A stretch of DNA of 33,129 bases from Hyphomicrobiales bacterium (GTDB lineage Bacteria > Pseudomonadota > Alphaproteobacteria > Rhizobiales > Kaistiaceae): contig JAYTZZ010000009.1 of the NCBI GenBank assembly GCA_043741595.1, positions 1 to 33,129 of the forward strand, given 5' to 3'. This document shows positions 25,298-33,129 of this stretch, piece after piece. Position numbers and translations under genes: made by a program. Numbering within the stretch: position 1 is the stretch's first letter; the number at the start of each line of letters is the position of its first letter. Below the pieces are notes generated by a model that made no database searches, was not told where the DNA came from, and saw nothing but the letters and a program-made list of their open reading frames with translations.

Positions 25298-26644
25298 TCA
25301 GTTCGGTATGACGCGATTCGGGTCCGGCGGGAAGGCGTTGTGGACCTGCAACCCACGCAGCAGGTCGAGCGCGTAGTTCAGCTGCTTGTCATCCTTCGGG
25401 TCCGGCGGAACGTAGGCAAGCGAACCGGAGTGTGCTTGGGTGCCTTCCTTCTCGCCTTCGCCAACCAGGTGACCCTTGAGGCTTGCCTCGCCACGCGGCT
25501 CGACCGTGATCTGGGCGGCGAGTTCGGGCGGCAGCTCCTGGACCACCTCGACATCGGGCGCGATGCCCTTGGCCTGGATCGACCGGCCAGACGGTGTGTA
25601 GTAGCGCGCCGTCGTCAGACGGAGTGCCCCATCCTTGCCGAGGGGGACGATGGTCTGGACCGAGCCCTTTCCGAATGACGTTGTGCCCACGATCGTGGCG
25701 CGCCGCTGGTCCTGAAGCGCACCGGCAACGATCTCGGACGCTGAAGCCGACCCACCATTGACGAGGACAATGACCGGCTTGCCGTTGGCGAGATCACCTG
25801 AGTGAGCATTCCAGCGCTGGGTTTCGTTGGCGTGGCGACCGCGGGTCGAGACGATCTCGCCCTCGTTGAGGAACGCGTCGGAAACGGCAATCGACTGATC
25901 GAGCAGGCCGCCGGGGTTATTGCGCAGATCGAGGACGACGCCCTGCACCTTGTCCGCGCCGATCTCCTTGGTGAACTTGTCGATCTGCGACTTCAGCCCA
26001 TCGAACGCCTGCTCGCTGAACTTCGAAATGCGCACGTAGATGATCTGGCCTTCGGCCCGGCCACGCACCGCCTGGACGACGATCTCGCCACGGACAAGCT
26101 TGATGTCGAATGGCTTGTCGACGCCCTGGCGCAAGATCGTGAGCGTGATCGGAGTGCCGATGTCGCCACGCATTTTCTCGACGGCCTGGTCGAGCGAAAC
26201 GCCCTGAACCTGCTCGCCATCAAGGGCGATAATCTGGTCGTTGGCAAGAATGCCCGCCTTGGCTGCGGGAGTGCCGTCCATCGGCGAGATGACCTTGATG
26301 ATGCCTTCTTCCATGGTGACTTCGATGCCCAGCCCGCCAAACTTGCCGCTGGTATCGACTTGCATGTCCTTGAAGTTTTTCGGGTTCATGTAACTCGAGT
26401 GAGGATCGAGCCCGGCAAGCATCCCGTTGATCGCCGATTCGATGAGCTGGTTGTCGTCGGGAACTTCGACATAGTCGGCGCGCACGCGCTCGAACACGTC
26501 ACCGAACAGGTTGAGTTCGCGGTACGCGTCGGAGCTGGCGGCGATGGCCTTGGTGCCCGAAAGCATCTGGGGCTGCGTCAGGGCGATCGTCGCGAGGGCG
26601 CCGATCAGCACCCCGGCAATGAGGAGTGTGACTTTGCGAATCAT
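25298..26644 (-). CDS. ctpA: S41-family carboxy-terminal processing protease
   Basis: Signal anchor, PDZ region (FGGLGIEV), catalytic GSASASEI and FGKGSVQT. The ATG overlaps the upstream envC-like stop (ATGA). Confidence 0.93.
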   Translation of the reverse strand: MIRKVTLLIAGVLIGALATIALTQPQMLSGTKAIAASSDAYRELNLFGDVFERVRADYVEVPDDNQLIESAINGMLAGLDPHSSYMNPKNFKDMQVDTSGKFGGLGIEVTMEEGIIKVISPMDGTPAAKAGILANDQIIALDGEQVQGVSLDQAVEKMRGDIGTPITLTILRQGVDKPFDIKLVRGEIVVQAVRGRAEGQIIYVRISKFSEQAFDGLKSQIDKFTKEIGADKVQGVVLDLRNNPGGLLDQSIAVSDAFLNEGEIVSTRGRHANETQRWNAHSGDLANGKPVIVLVNGGSASASEIVAGALQDQRRATIVGTTSFGKGSVQTIVPLGKDGALRLTTARYYTPSGRSIQAKGIAPDVEVVQELPPELAAQITVEPRGEASLKGHLVGEGEKEGTQAHSGSLAYVPPDPKDDKQLNYALDLLRGLQVHNAFPPDPNRVIPN

Positions 26645-27963
26645 CCGCCTACCTTTTCAACGTTGGGTGCGGCCCACCAGGGAGCCGGGTCGATCGAAGC
26701 CCCGTCCTTCCGGAATTCGATATAGAGCACGGGCTGAGTGACGCCTATGGCCACGGCGCCTACGCTCGCCAGCCTTTGTGAGGCCATGGCAGCCACGGGC
26801 TCACCAGCAAGCACAAACTGACCAAGCTGAACATCCACTCGTTCCATGCCCGCCAGTAACACATGATACCCGTCGCCGGCGTTGATTATCAAGAGTTGCC
26901 CGTAGCTGCGAAACGGCCCGGAATAGACCACCCAGCCGTCTGTCGGGGAGGAAATCTGGGCGGCTTCGCGGGTGGCAACCGAAATCCCCTGGCTTCTCCC
27001 GCCAAGGCCGTCGTTTTCACCAAAAGCCTTGATCTGCGTCCCATTGGCGGGCAACGGCAGAAGCCCCTTGGCGTTACCGAAAGCGACCTTGGGAGTCAGC
27101 CGATTGGCGTCTCCAAGCGATTGTGCCGGCCGGTCGCCGCTTTCCGTTAGCGCGATTGTCGCAGCCTTTTCAGCCTCAGCCGCAGCCGCTGCAGCCGTCG
27201 CATTCTCTGATTCCATGCGGGCGATGAGGTCGCGGAGGCTGGTAGCCTGACTGGCGAGAGCAGTGGCGCGCTTTTCCTCGTTGGCGAGCGCGTCGACGGA
27301 GGCTTCCCTTTGTTTCTGCCTCTCCTCGATGATGAGAGCGATGCGGGCGCGGCCCTCAGCGAGAGCCGTGGCGTTTTCGCGCAGGCGATCCCGCTCCCGC
27401 TCTTTCTCTTCGCGCACCGCCACCAATGCCTTGAGATCGCCGGCAAGCGCCTCAGCCGCAATCCGAAGGTCGGGCACCACTGCGCCCAAAAGGATAGCAC
27501 TCCTGATGGAGGCCAGAGCGTCCCGCGGACGAACGAGAATTGCCGGTGGTGGACGATGCCCCATGCGTTGGAGTGCCGCTAGTACCTCGGCAAGCACGCC
27601 GCGTCGGGCGGCAAGCGATGCGCGCAACTTCTCTTCGTTGGTGACCAGGGCATTCAACCGGCCTTCGGCTCGGTCGATCTCACCCTCCAGCTTCTGCACC
27701 TCGCGACCGCCTTCCACCAGCGACTGGTTGAGGCTTACGCGATCCTTGTCGAGGGCATCGATCTCGCGCTTGATTTCCGCTTGTCGCTCGGCGGTCAACT
27801 GGATGTCTCGAGTGACGGCGTCGAGTTCGGCCTTGCGGGCTTCAGCGTCGAGGGGAAGAACAGTTGCTGCGGATGAATCTTGTGCACAGACTCCAGCGCC
27901 GGAAGTCGTGACCAGCAGGGCGGCTAGTGGGACGGCAAGGAGCGCGGCGCGGCGGCGATTCAT
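26641..27963 (-). CDS. EnvC-like murein hydrolase activator (coiled coil plus degenerate LytM/M23 domain)
   Basis: Signal peptide MNRRRAALLAVPLAALLV...CAQ from the ATG at 27963. Long heptad-like Glu/Arg/Ala-rich region. The C-terminal LytM fold has YHVLLAGM and LYIEFRKDG where active M23 enzymes have HxxxD and HLHFE. Confidence 0.85.
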   Translation of the reverse strand: MNRRRAALLAVPLAALLVTTSGAGVCAQDSSAATVLPLDAEARKAELDAVTRDIQLTAERQAEIKREIDALDKDRVSLNQSLVEGGREVQKLEGEIDRAEGRLNALVTNEEKLRASLAARRGVLAEVLAALQRMGHRPPPAILVRPRDALASIRSAILLGAVVPDLRIAAEALAGDLKALVAVREEKERERDRLRENATALAEGRARIALIIEERQKQREASVDALANEEKRATALASQATSLRDLIARMESENATAAAAAAEAEKAATIALTESGDRPAQSLGDANRLTPKVAFGNAKGLLPLPANGTQIKAFGENDGLGGRSQGISVATREAAQISSPTDGWVVYSGPFRSYGQLLIINAGDGYHVLLAGMERVDVQLGQFVLAGEPVAAMASQRLASVGAVAIGVTQPVLYIEFRKDGASIDPAPWWAAPNVEKVGG

Positions 27964-28442
27964 CAGTCGCGATGATAGGGGTGGCCGGCGAGAATTGTAA
28001 CGGCCCGGTAGAGCTGTTCGGCAAGCATCAGGCGCGCAAGCTGATGCGGCCACGTCATCGGCCCGAAAGCGAGGCGTAGGGTGGCTTTCGCGAGGAGCGC
28101 TGGTCCATGGCCATCAGCGCCGCCGATGGCTAGCGTAAGGTCGCCCACACCATCATTGCGCCATTTGCCGAGCCGCTCGGCAAATGCGCGGCTGTCGAGA
28201 TTTTTGCCACCCTCATCGAGCGCTACCAGAAGGCTGCCTGGCACAACTACGCCGAGGAGCGCGCCAGCTTCCTGATCCTTGCGGATGAGCGGCGAAGCCG
28301 CGCGACTTTCGGAGAATTCCCGTGTCATGAAGGTCAAGCCGAGCTTGCGACCAGCGTTGCCCGCGCGATCAACGAACCGGTCGAAGAGTTCTCGCTCCGG
28401 TCCGGCTTTGAGCTTGCCGACCGCGGCGATGGTGATCAGCAT
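27963..28442 (-). CDS. rlmH: 23S rRNA (pseudouridine1915-N3)-methyltransferase
   Basis: MLITIAAVGKLK N-terminus at the ATG at 28442; the track ORF to 28523 is an extension. Contains IGGADG and C-terminal GHPYHRD. The stop overlaps the envC-like ATG (TGATG). Confidence 0.92.
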   Translation of the reverse strand: MLITIAAVGKLKAGPERELFDRFVDRAGNAGRKLGLTFMTREFSESRAASPLIRKDQEAGALLGVVVPGSLLVALDEGGKNLDSRAFAERLGKWRNDGVGDLTLAIGGADGHGPALLAKATLRLAFGPMTWPHQLARLMLAEQLYRAVTILAGHPYHRD

Positions 28443-28483
28443 TGGCACGTTGGCCTCAGGGCAGAGCCATCGGACGTCGCGAA

Positions 28484-28813
28484 CTAGACTTCGGTCGGAG
28501 CTGCCGGATGTTCCGCGCGCCACATTTTTTCAAGATTGTAGAAGGCACGAACCTCCGGCCGGAAGATGTGGATGATCACATCGCCGGCGTCTATCAGCAC
28601 CCAATCACCGGCGCGGAGCCCCTCGACGTGAAGGTGTCGCCCACCGGCTTCCTTCAGATCTTCAACGACGTGATCGGCAATCGCCGCGACGTGACGCTGG
28701 GAGCGGCCCGTAGCCACAACCATGTAGTCGGCAAGCGACGATTTTCCGATGATGTCGATGGGGGCAATGTCCTCAGCCTTGGAGTCTTCGAGACTGGCGA
28801 GGACGACCTTCAT
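28484..28813 (-). CDS. rsfS: ribosome silencing factor
   Basis: LEDSKAEDIAPIDI..KSSLADYMVVATGRSQRHVAAIADHV...DWVLID.GDVIIHIF.PE.R..Y.LEKMW. 109 aa. Confidence 0.9.
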   Translation of the reverse strand: MKVVLASLEDSKAEDIAPIDIIGKSSLADYMVVATGRSQRHVAAIADHVVEDLKEAGGRHLHVEGLRAGDWVLIDAGDVIIHIFRPEVRAFYNLEKMWRAEHPAAPTEV

Positions 28814-28984
28814 GGCGGCCGCCGCTGCGAGTTCACGGCGGGCGGTCGCAAGACGAGGGGAACGGGAACGGGTCCCCTCACTCCGAAGTGCGGTTGTCAG
28901 TGTTTGGTCCCTTCTTTGTCTGGTCGCGCCAATGGCGTGTGCCGTTCGGCACAGCCGAAGAATATGCGGATGAGGGTGACGCTT

Positions 28985-29635
28985 TCAAGACGCCTTCCGT
29001 GCGGCAGTGCGGAGCGCGGTCGACGAGATATCGACGTGGGGTGAGGGTAGGAAAACCCAAGCCGGCGGCGGACTCTCGCCCAATCCGGCGGCATCGCTTG
29101 GGTCTCGCCTTGCCCGCCGCAGTGCGTGGGCCGCCGGCGAAGCAAGGGCGTTGCGCGCCGATCCCGGCCTATTGAACACGACGAAAGGGATCGATGCGGC
29201 GATCGTCTGCCAGCCGCGCCAGCGGTGAAAATTCGCCAAATTATCGGCGCCCATCATCCAGATGCACGTGACCCCGCGAAGGCGCGGGAGCAGACGGCGC
29301 AGGGTCTCGGACGTGTACGTGGTACCGAGCGCGGCCTCTATTCCCGTCACTTTGATCCCCGGATGACGAATGAGTTGACGCGCCGCCCTGATGCGGCGGG
29401 ACAGGTCATTTGACGGGGCGTTCCGCTTCAGCGGGTTTCGCGGCGAGACCAGCCACCACACCTGGTCAAGGTGAAGGGCACGAAGGGCTACGAGGCTCAC
29501 CTGCACATGGCCGTCGTGGGGCGGGTCGAACGATCCGCCGAAAAGCCCGACGCGCATGCCCAGATAGACTGTCGGGAGGCGCGTATCGTCGGGTGGCGGC
29601 AAAAGGTGCGCGGCGGGGCGGTGGTCGGCCGTCAA
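28985..29635 (-). CDS. nadD: nicotinate-nucleotide adenylyltransferase
   Basis: [14 protein letters not shown] (HxGH motif) and ISSTALR. The TTG at 29635 overlaps the proA stop (TTGA) and has AGGTGAGG just upstream. The alternative ATG at 29557 (MRVGLFGG) has no SD. Confidence 0.88.
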   Translation of the reverse strand: MTADHRPAAHLLPPPDDTRLPTVYLGMRVGLFGGSFDPPHDGHVQVSLVALRALHLDQVWWLVSPRNPLKRNAPSNDLSRRIRAARQLIRHPGIKVTGIEAALGTTYTSETLRRLLPRLRGVTCIWMMGADNLANFHRWRGWQTIAASIPFVVFNRPGSARNALASPAAHALRRARRDPSDAAGLGESPPPAWVFLPSPHVDISSTALRTAARKAS

Positions 29636-30918
29636 GGCCTCACCTGGCCGGAGCCGCGGACGAGGTACTTGAAGCTCGTCAGTTGCTCGACGCCGACCGG
29701 TCCGCGGGCGTGCAGACGGCCTGTGGCGATGCCGATTTCGGCGCCCATACCGAATTCGCCGCCGTCGGCGTATTGAGTCGAGGCGTTGTGAAGGACGATA
29801 GCGCTGTCGACCTCGGCGAGGAATTTTTCGGCCGCCGCTGGGTCGTCGGTGACGATCGCGTCGGTGTGGTGGGTGCCGTAGCGCTCGATGTGGTCGATGG
29901 CGGCGTCGATGTTATCGACCACTTTCACAGCGATGATCGCGTCAAGGTATTCGCAGGACCAGTCGGCTTCGGTCGCCGGCGTAACACCGGCAACCACTGC
30001 CTGGGTTGCCGCGTCGCCGCGTATGGAACAGCCGGCTGCCTGGAGTGCTACGACCAGCGGCTTCATGTGCGTCCCGACGATGGCGCGATCGACGAGCAGA
30101 GTCTCGGCAGCGCCACAGACACTGAGGCGGCGCATCTTGGCGTTGACGACTATTTTCTCAGCCATGGTGAGATCAGCGCGGGCATGAACATAGACGTGAC
30201 AGACGCCTTCGAGATGCGCGAATACGGGGACGCGCGCTTCCTCCTGAACGCGGGCGACAAGGCCCTTGCCGCCGCGCGGGACGATGACGTCGATGGCGCC
30301 GTCGAGGCCGGTCAGCATAAGGCCGACGGCGGCGCGATCACGTGTCGGCACAAGCTGAATGGCGTCGGCAGGAAGTCCGGCCTTCATAAGTCCTGCCACG
30401 AAGCAGCGGTGGATCGCGGACGACGAGCGGAACGAATCCGAACCACCGCGCAGGATCGCGGCATTGCCCGCTTTGAGACACAGCGCCCCGGCGTCGGCGG
30501 TGACGTTCGGGCGGCTTTCGTAAATGATTCCGATGACGCCGAGGGGCGTCCGAATGCGCTGTATTTTCAAACCGTTGGGGCGATCCCATTCGGCGATGAC
30601 AGCGCCGACGGCGTCGGGGAGGGCGGCGATGTCCTCGATGGATTTCGCCATGGATTCGATGCGTTTTTCGGAGAGAGTGAGCCGGTCGAGGAAGGCAGGG
30701 CTGCCGCCGTCGCGCGTCATGTCGGCGACGTCCCTCGAATTTTCGTCAAGAATATCAGAGGCTTGCGCGCGGATTTCTTTTGCGGTGGCGAGGAGGGCGG
30801 CGTTCTTGGCGGCGGTGGAGGCCAGCGAAAGAACGCGGGCGGCGGCGCGCGCGCGACGGCCGATTGCCGCCATTTCGGCGGCGATTCCGGCGGTGCGGGC
30901 GACTTCGGCGATGCTCAT
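29632..30918 (-). CDS. proA: glutamate-5-semialdehyde dehydrogenase (gamma-glutamyl phosphate reductase)
   Basis: [12 protein letters not shown] and [28 protein letters not shown]. The ATG at 30918 gives 428 aa; the track ORF to 30954 is a TTG extension. Confidence 0.93.
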   Translation of the reverse strand: MSIAEVARTAGIAAEMAAIGRRARAAARVLSLASTAAKNAALLATAKEIRAQASDILDENSRDVADMTRDGGSPAFLDRLTLSEKRIESMAKSIEDIAALPDAVGAVIAEWDRPNGLKIQRIRTPLGVIGIIYESRPNVTADAGALCLKAGNAAILRGGSDSFRSSSAIHRCFVAGLMKAGLPADAIQLVPTRDRAAVGLMLTGLDGAIDVIVPRGGKGLVARVQEEARVPVFAHLEGVCHVYVHARADLTMAEKIVVNAKMRRLSVCGAAETLLVDRAIVGTHMKPLVVALQAAGCSIRGDAATQAVVAGVTPATEADWSCEYLDAIIAVKVVDNIDAAIDHIERYGTHHTDAIVTDDPAAAEKFLAEVDSAIVLHNASTQYADGGEFGMGAEIGIATGRLHARGPVGVEQLTSFKYLVRGSGQVRP

Positions 30919-31042
30919 AGCTGCGTGTCTTGCACGGTCAAATGCCCGGCGCAATACGTGTGGACACGGACACTGTTCGAGCGACTATGAGCCTTCGCTC
31001 GGCTAACACGGGCGCCGAGCAATCCCGCCCTTCGAGACTCCG

Positions 31043-31954
31043 TTGACGCCTCCCGCCTCCGGCTATCGCGACCAGAATATCCCGCTCGGGATCGGCCTGA
31101 TGCTGGGCGCGATCTTCCTGTTCTCGGTGAACGATGTTCTCGGGAAGTATCTGGCGGGATCGTACTCAGCACCGCAGATTCTGCTCTTCCGGAGCTGCGC
31201 GGCGGCGATCCTCCTGATCCCGGTGATCTGGCGGATGGGATGGCGGCAGTTCGTGCATGTCGACCGGCCGCGGCTGCAGGTCGCCCGCGCTATCCTCGCG
31301 ACGGTCGAGGTAATCTGTTTCTATTGGGCGGTGCGCTATCTGCCGCTCGCCGACGCGATGACCTACTACCTTGCTGGGCCGATCTACGTGACGGTGATGG
31401 CGGCGCTGTTTCTCGGCGAGAGAGTTGGCTGGCGGCGATGGTCGGCGGTGATCGCCGGCTTCATCGGCGTGCTCATCGCGCTCGGACCGTCGGCCGCGTC
31501 GTTCGGCCGGCCGGCGCTGATCGCGTTCGCGGGCAGCGTCATCTACGCGGTGTTCCTCGTGGTCACGCGCAGCCTGCGCGGCACGCCCGACGCGGTGATG
31601 GCCGCGTGGCAGATCGCGACGGCGCTCGTCTTCGGCGTCTTCGCGGCGCCGTTTGCGTGGACGCCGCTCCGCCATTGGCAGGACGGCGTGCTGCTGGCGC
31701 TGCTCGGCGTTGCCGCGTTGCTGGCGATTATCGGCGTCAATCGCTCGCTGGCGGTTGCGCCGGCGTCGGTCGTGGTGCCTTTCCAGTACACGATGATCGT
31801 GTGGGCGGTGATCTTCGGCTACCTCGTCTTCGGCAACATACCGAAGCCGCAGACGCTCATCGGCGCCGCCATCATCGTCGCTGCCGGCCTCTTCATCTAC
31901 TTCCGGGAGCAGAAGGCCGGGCTGCCGATTGAACCGGAACTGCCGGAGCGGTGA
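31043..31954 (+). CDS. DMT-superfamily (EamA-like) transporter
   Basis: About ten hydrophobic segments in two EamA-type halves. The TTG start is the only start upstream of TM1; the ATG at 31100 would truncate TM1. Confidence 0.85.
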   Translation: MTPPASGYRDQNIPLGIGLMLGAIFLFSVNDVLGKYLAGSYSAPQILLFRSCAAAILLIPVIWRMGWRQFVHVDRPRLQVARAILATVEVICFYWAVRYLPLADAMTYYLAGPIYVTVMAALFLGERVGWRRWSAVIAGFIGVLIALGPSAASFGRPALIAFAGSVIYAVFLVVTRSLRGTPDAVMAAWQIATALVFGVFAAPFAWTPLRHWQDGVLLALLGVAALLAIIGVNRSLAVAPASVVVPFQYTMIVWAVIFGYLVFGNIPKPQTLIGAAIIVAAGLFIYFREQKAGLPIEPELPER

Positions 31955-31986
31955 CAAACCGGCGAACAAGTCCTATTTTGTTGTCC

Positions 31987-32358
31987 ATGACCAACGCTTC
32001 CCAAACTATCCGCACTACGGTTGCTGCCTGGCCCGGCCTCAACGAGGCGAGCCACCGGTTCGGCGGCGTAGAGTTCAAGATCGGCAAACGGGAGATCGGG
32101 CATCTCCACGGCGATACGCTTCTCGATGTGCCGTTTCCGAAGAAGGTTCGCGACGAGCTGGTGGCGGCGGGGCGTGCCGACCCCCATCACATCCTGCCGC
32201 AGAGCGGGTGGATCAGTTTCCGCATTCGCTCGACGCCGGACGTCGATGCGGCGGTGGCGCTGCTCCGCCAATCGTATGACCTCATCACCGAGCAGGTCGC
32301 GCGGCGCAAGGTCCAGTCCGACGCGGCCGCGGCTCGACGTGTTGAAGAAGCACGGTAG
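31987..32358 (+). CDS. luciferase-domain (DUF5519) family protein
   Basis: WPGL...HRFGGVEFKIGKREIGHLHGDTLLDVPFPKKVRDELVAAGRADPHHILPQSGWISF pattern. The start is ambiguous: the ATG at 31987, or the GTG at 31951 overlapping the DMT stop (GTGA). Confidence 0.75.
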   Translation: MTNASQTIRTTVAAWPGLNEASHRFGGVEFKIGKREIGHLHGDTLLDVPFPKKVRDELVAAGRADPHHILPQSGWISFRIRSTPDVDAAVALLRQSYDLITEQVARRKVQSDAAAARRVEEAR

Positions 32359-32439
32359 GATTGGCGTCAACTCGCGAGGCGCCGGATTCGACTATCGTCG
32401 ACGATGGATGCCAGCCCATCGCGTTGGATATGGCAAGCC

Positions 32440-32970
32440 TCACGTGACAGCACCTAACTGCTTGTAGAATTCGATTATGCCCGGCAACGTCTTGCGTAGC
32501 TTTTCGATGCAACGAAGAACTTCCGCTTGGTAACCCGCGTCATAGAGCTTTTGAAGCAAGCCCTTGAGTTTGTCGTCCATGTCGTAGTTAGGCGTATTTG
32601 CGTCGAGCATCCGCTCGAGCAATTCAACAGTCGCAGCAGGGTTCGTATCGACCAGTCGTGCAAGCTCCTTAACCATGTAGTCGGTGGAGTAGTCCGTATG
32701 AACATACGGGACGACGCCCAGCAACAGTCCTTTGGCGCGCTCATCAAGCGTCGCGAGATATGGAGCAAGTCGGCTTAGGCGTGAAAACAGATTTGCGGGC
32801 GCTTCAGGCTGCGCCTTTGCCCATTCGAGGCTCTTAGCCCAAAATGCCGGAACGCGTTCAATTTGCTCGGGCGTAAGTTCTTCCCCATGAACGCTCCAGA
32901 AAAACTCCGCGGCATTCTGAAGATCATCAACGCCACTGGCAAAGATATGCGCCGTCAACGGCGTATCCAA
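32440..32970 (-). CDS. hypothetical all-alpha-helical protein, lower-GC, possibly 5'-truncated
   Basis: 176-codon ORF with a TTG start in DNA visibly poorer in G+C, using codons rare elsewhere in the window (TTA, AAA, AAT, TTT). The frame stays open 31 codons upstream of the TTG with no start codon, back to a TAA at 33064-33066. I recognise no family. Confidence 0.5.
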   Translation of the reverse strand: MDTPLTAHIFASGVDDLQNAAEFFWSVHGEELTPEQIERVPAFWAKSLEWAKAQPEAPANLFSRLSRLAPYLATLDERAKGLLLGVVPYVHTDYSTDYMVKELARLVDTNPAATVELLERMLDANTPNYDMDDKLKGLLQKLYDAGYQAEVLRCIEKLRKTLPGIIEFYKQLGAVT

Positions 32971-33129
32971 AGTTGCGTCACCCCACAGATAGCCGAGACA
33001 GATCCATTCCGTGATCCGCTCGCGGCTATGCCTAGGAGCTTGCCTATCTGTTCCAGACGCGGTTTATCGTGTTGCCTTTTTGCAACAGCAATTTATTAAC
33101 CTCTCATTAACCATGTGCGGCAAGCCAGA

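Noticed and set aside
32394-32405. Perfect 12-bp palindrome ATCGTCGACGAT as a stand-alone protein-binding or att site.
   Set aside because: It is a single occurrence with no partner repeat in the window. It could be chance in a GC-rich spacer, so it is kept only as context for the compositional-boundary finding.
32863-33099. 78-aa plus-strand ORF and the 97-aa alternate-frame ORF (32475-32768) in the low-GC region.
   Set aside because: Both overlap the longer, more protein-like 176-aa minus-strand ORF, and neither has an SD or recognisable motifs.

Overview
High-GC (about two-thirds G+C by eye) alphaproteobacterial chromosome, most like Hyphomicrobiales/Rhizobiales; an Omp19-type lipoprotein and a 'PAFAGMT/PAKAG'-type REP element support this. 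Almost the whole window is core housekeeping DNA. Left to right: omp19-like, zapE, then the TCA block mdh-sucC-(methyltransferase)-sucD-sucA-sucB-lpdA-gntK. Next come xerC (-), a DUF1330 gene (-), an AraC regulator, fsa (-) and priA. Then the F1 ATP synthase operon atpH-atpA-atpG-atpD-(small membrane ORF)-atpC. A long minus-strand block follows: proA-nadD-rsfS-rlmH-envC-like-ctpA-yibQ-like-rppH-ICMT-like methyltransferase. The window ends with a DMT transporter, a DUF5519/luciferase-like gene and, at the right edge, a visibly lower-GC orphan gene. I found no tRNA, rRNA, CRISPR array, transposase or recognisable defence, toxin or secretion genes, and I cannot point to a complete novel multi-gene system. 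The best leads are: (1) a zinc-ribbon SAM methyltransferase translationally wedged between sucC and sucD; (2) an 81-aa two-TM glycine-zipper ORF with a good RBS wedged between atpD and atpC; (3) a compositional break at about 32.4 kb with an orphan all-helical ORF, possibly the edge of an island that continues off-window. Lesser observations are a REP/MITE-like inverted repeat that inflates the xerC ORF, GC hairpins in two operon leaders or junctions, and convergent genes with no room for terminators. Function calls rest on my recognition of motifs in the supplied translations; no database search was run.
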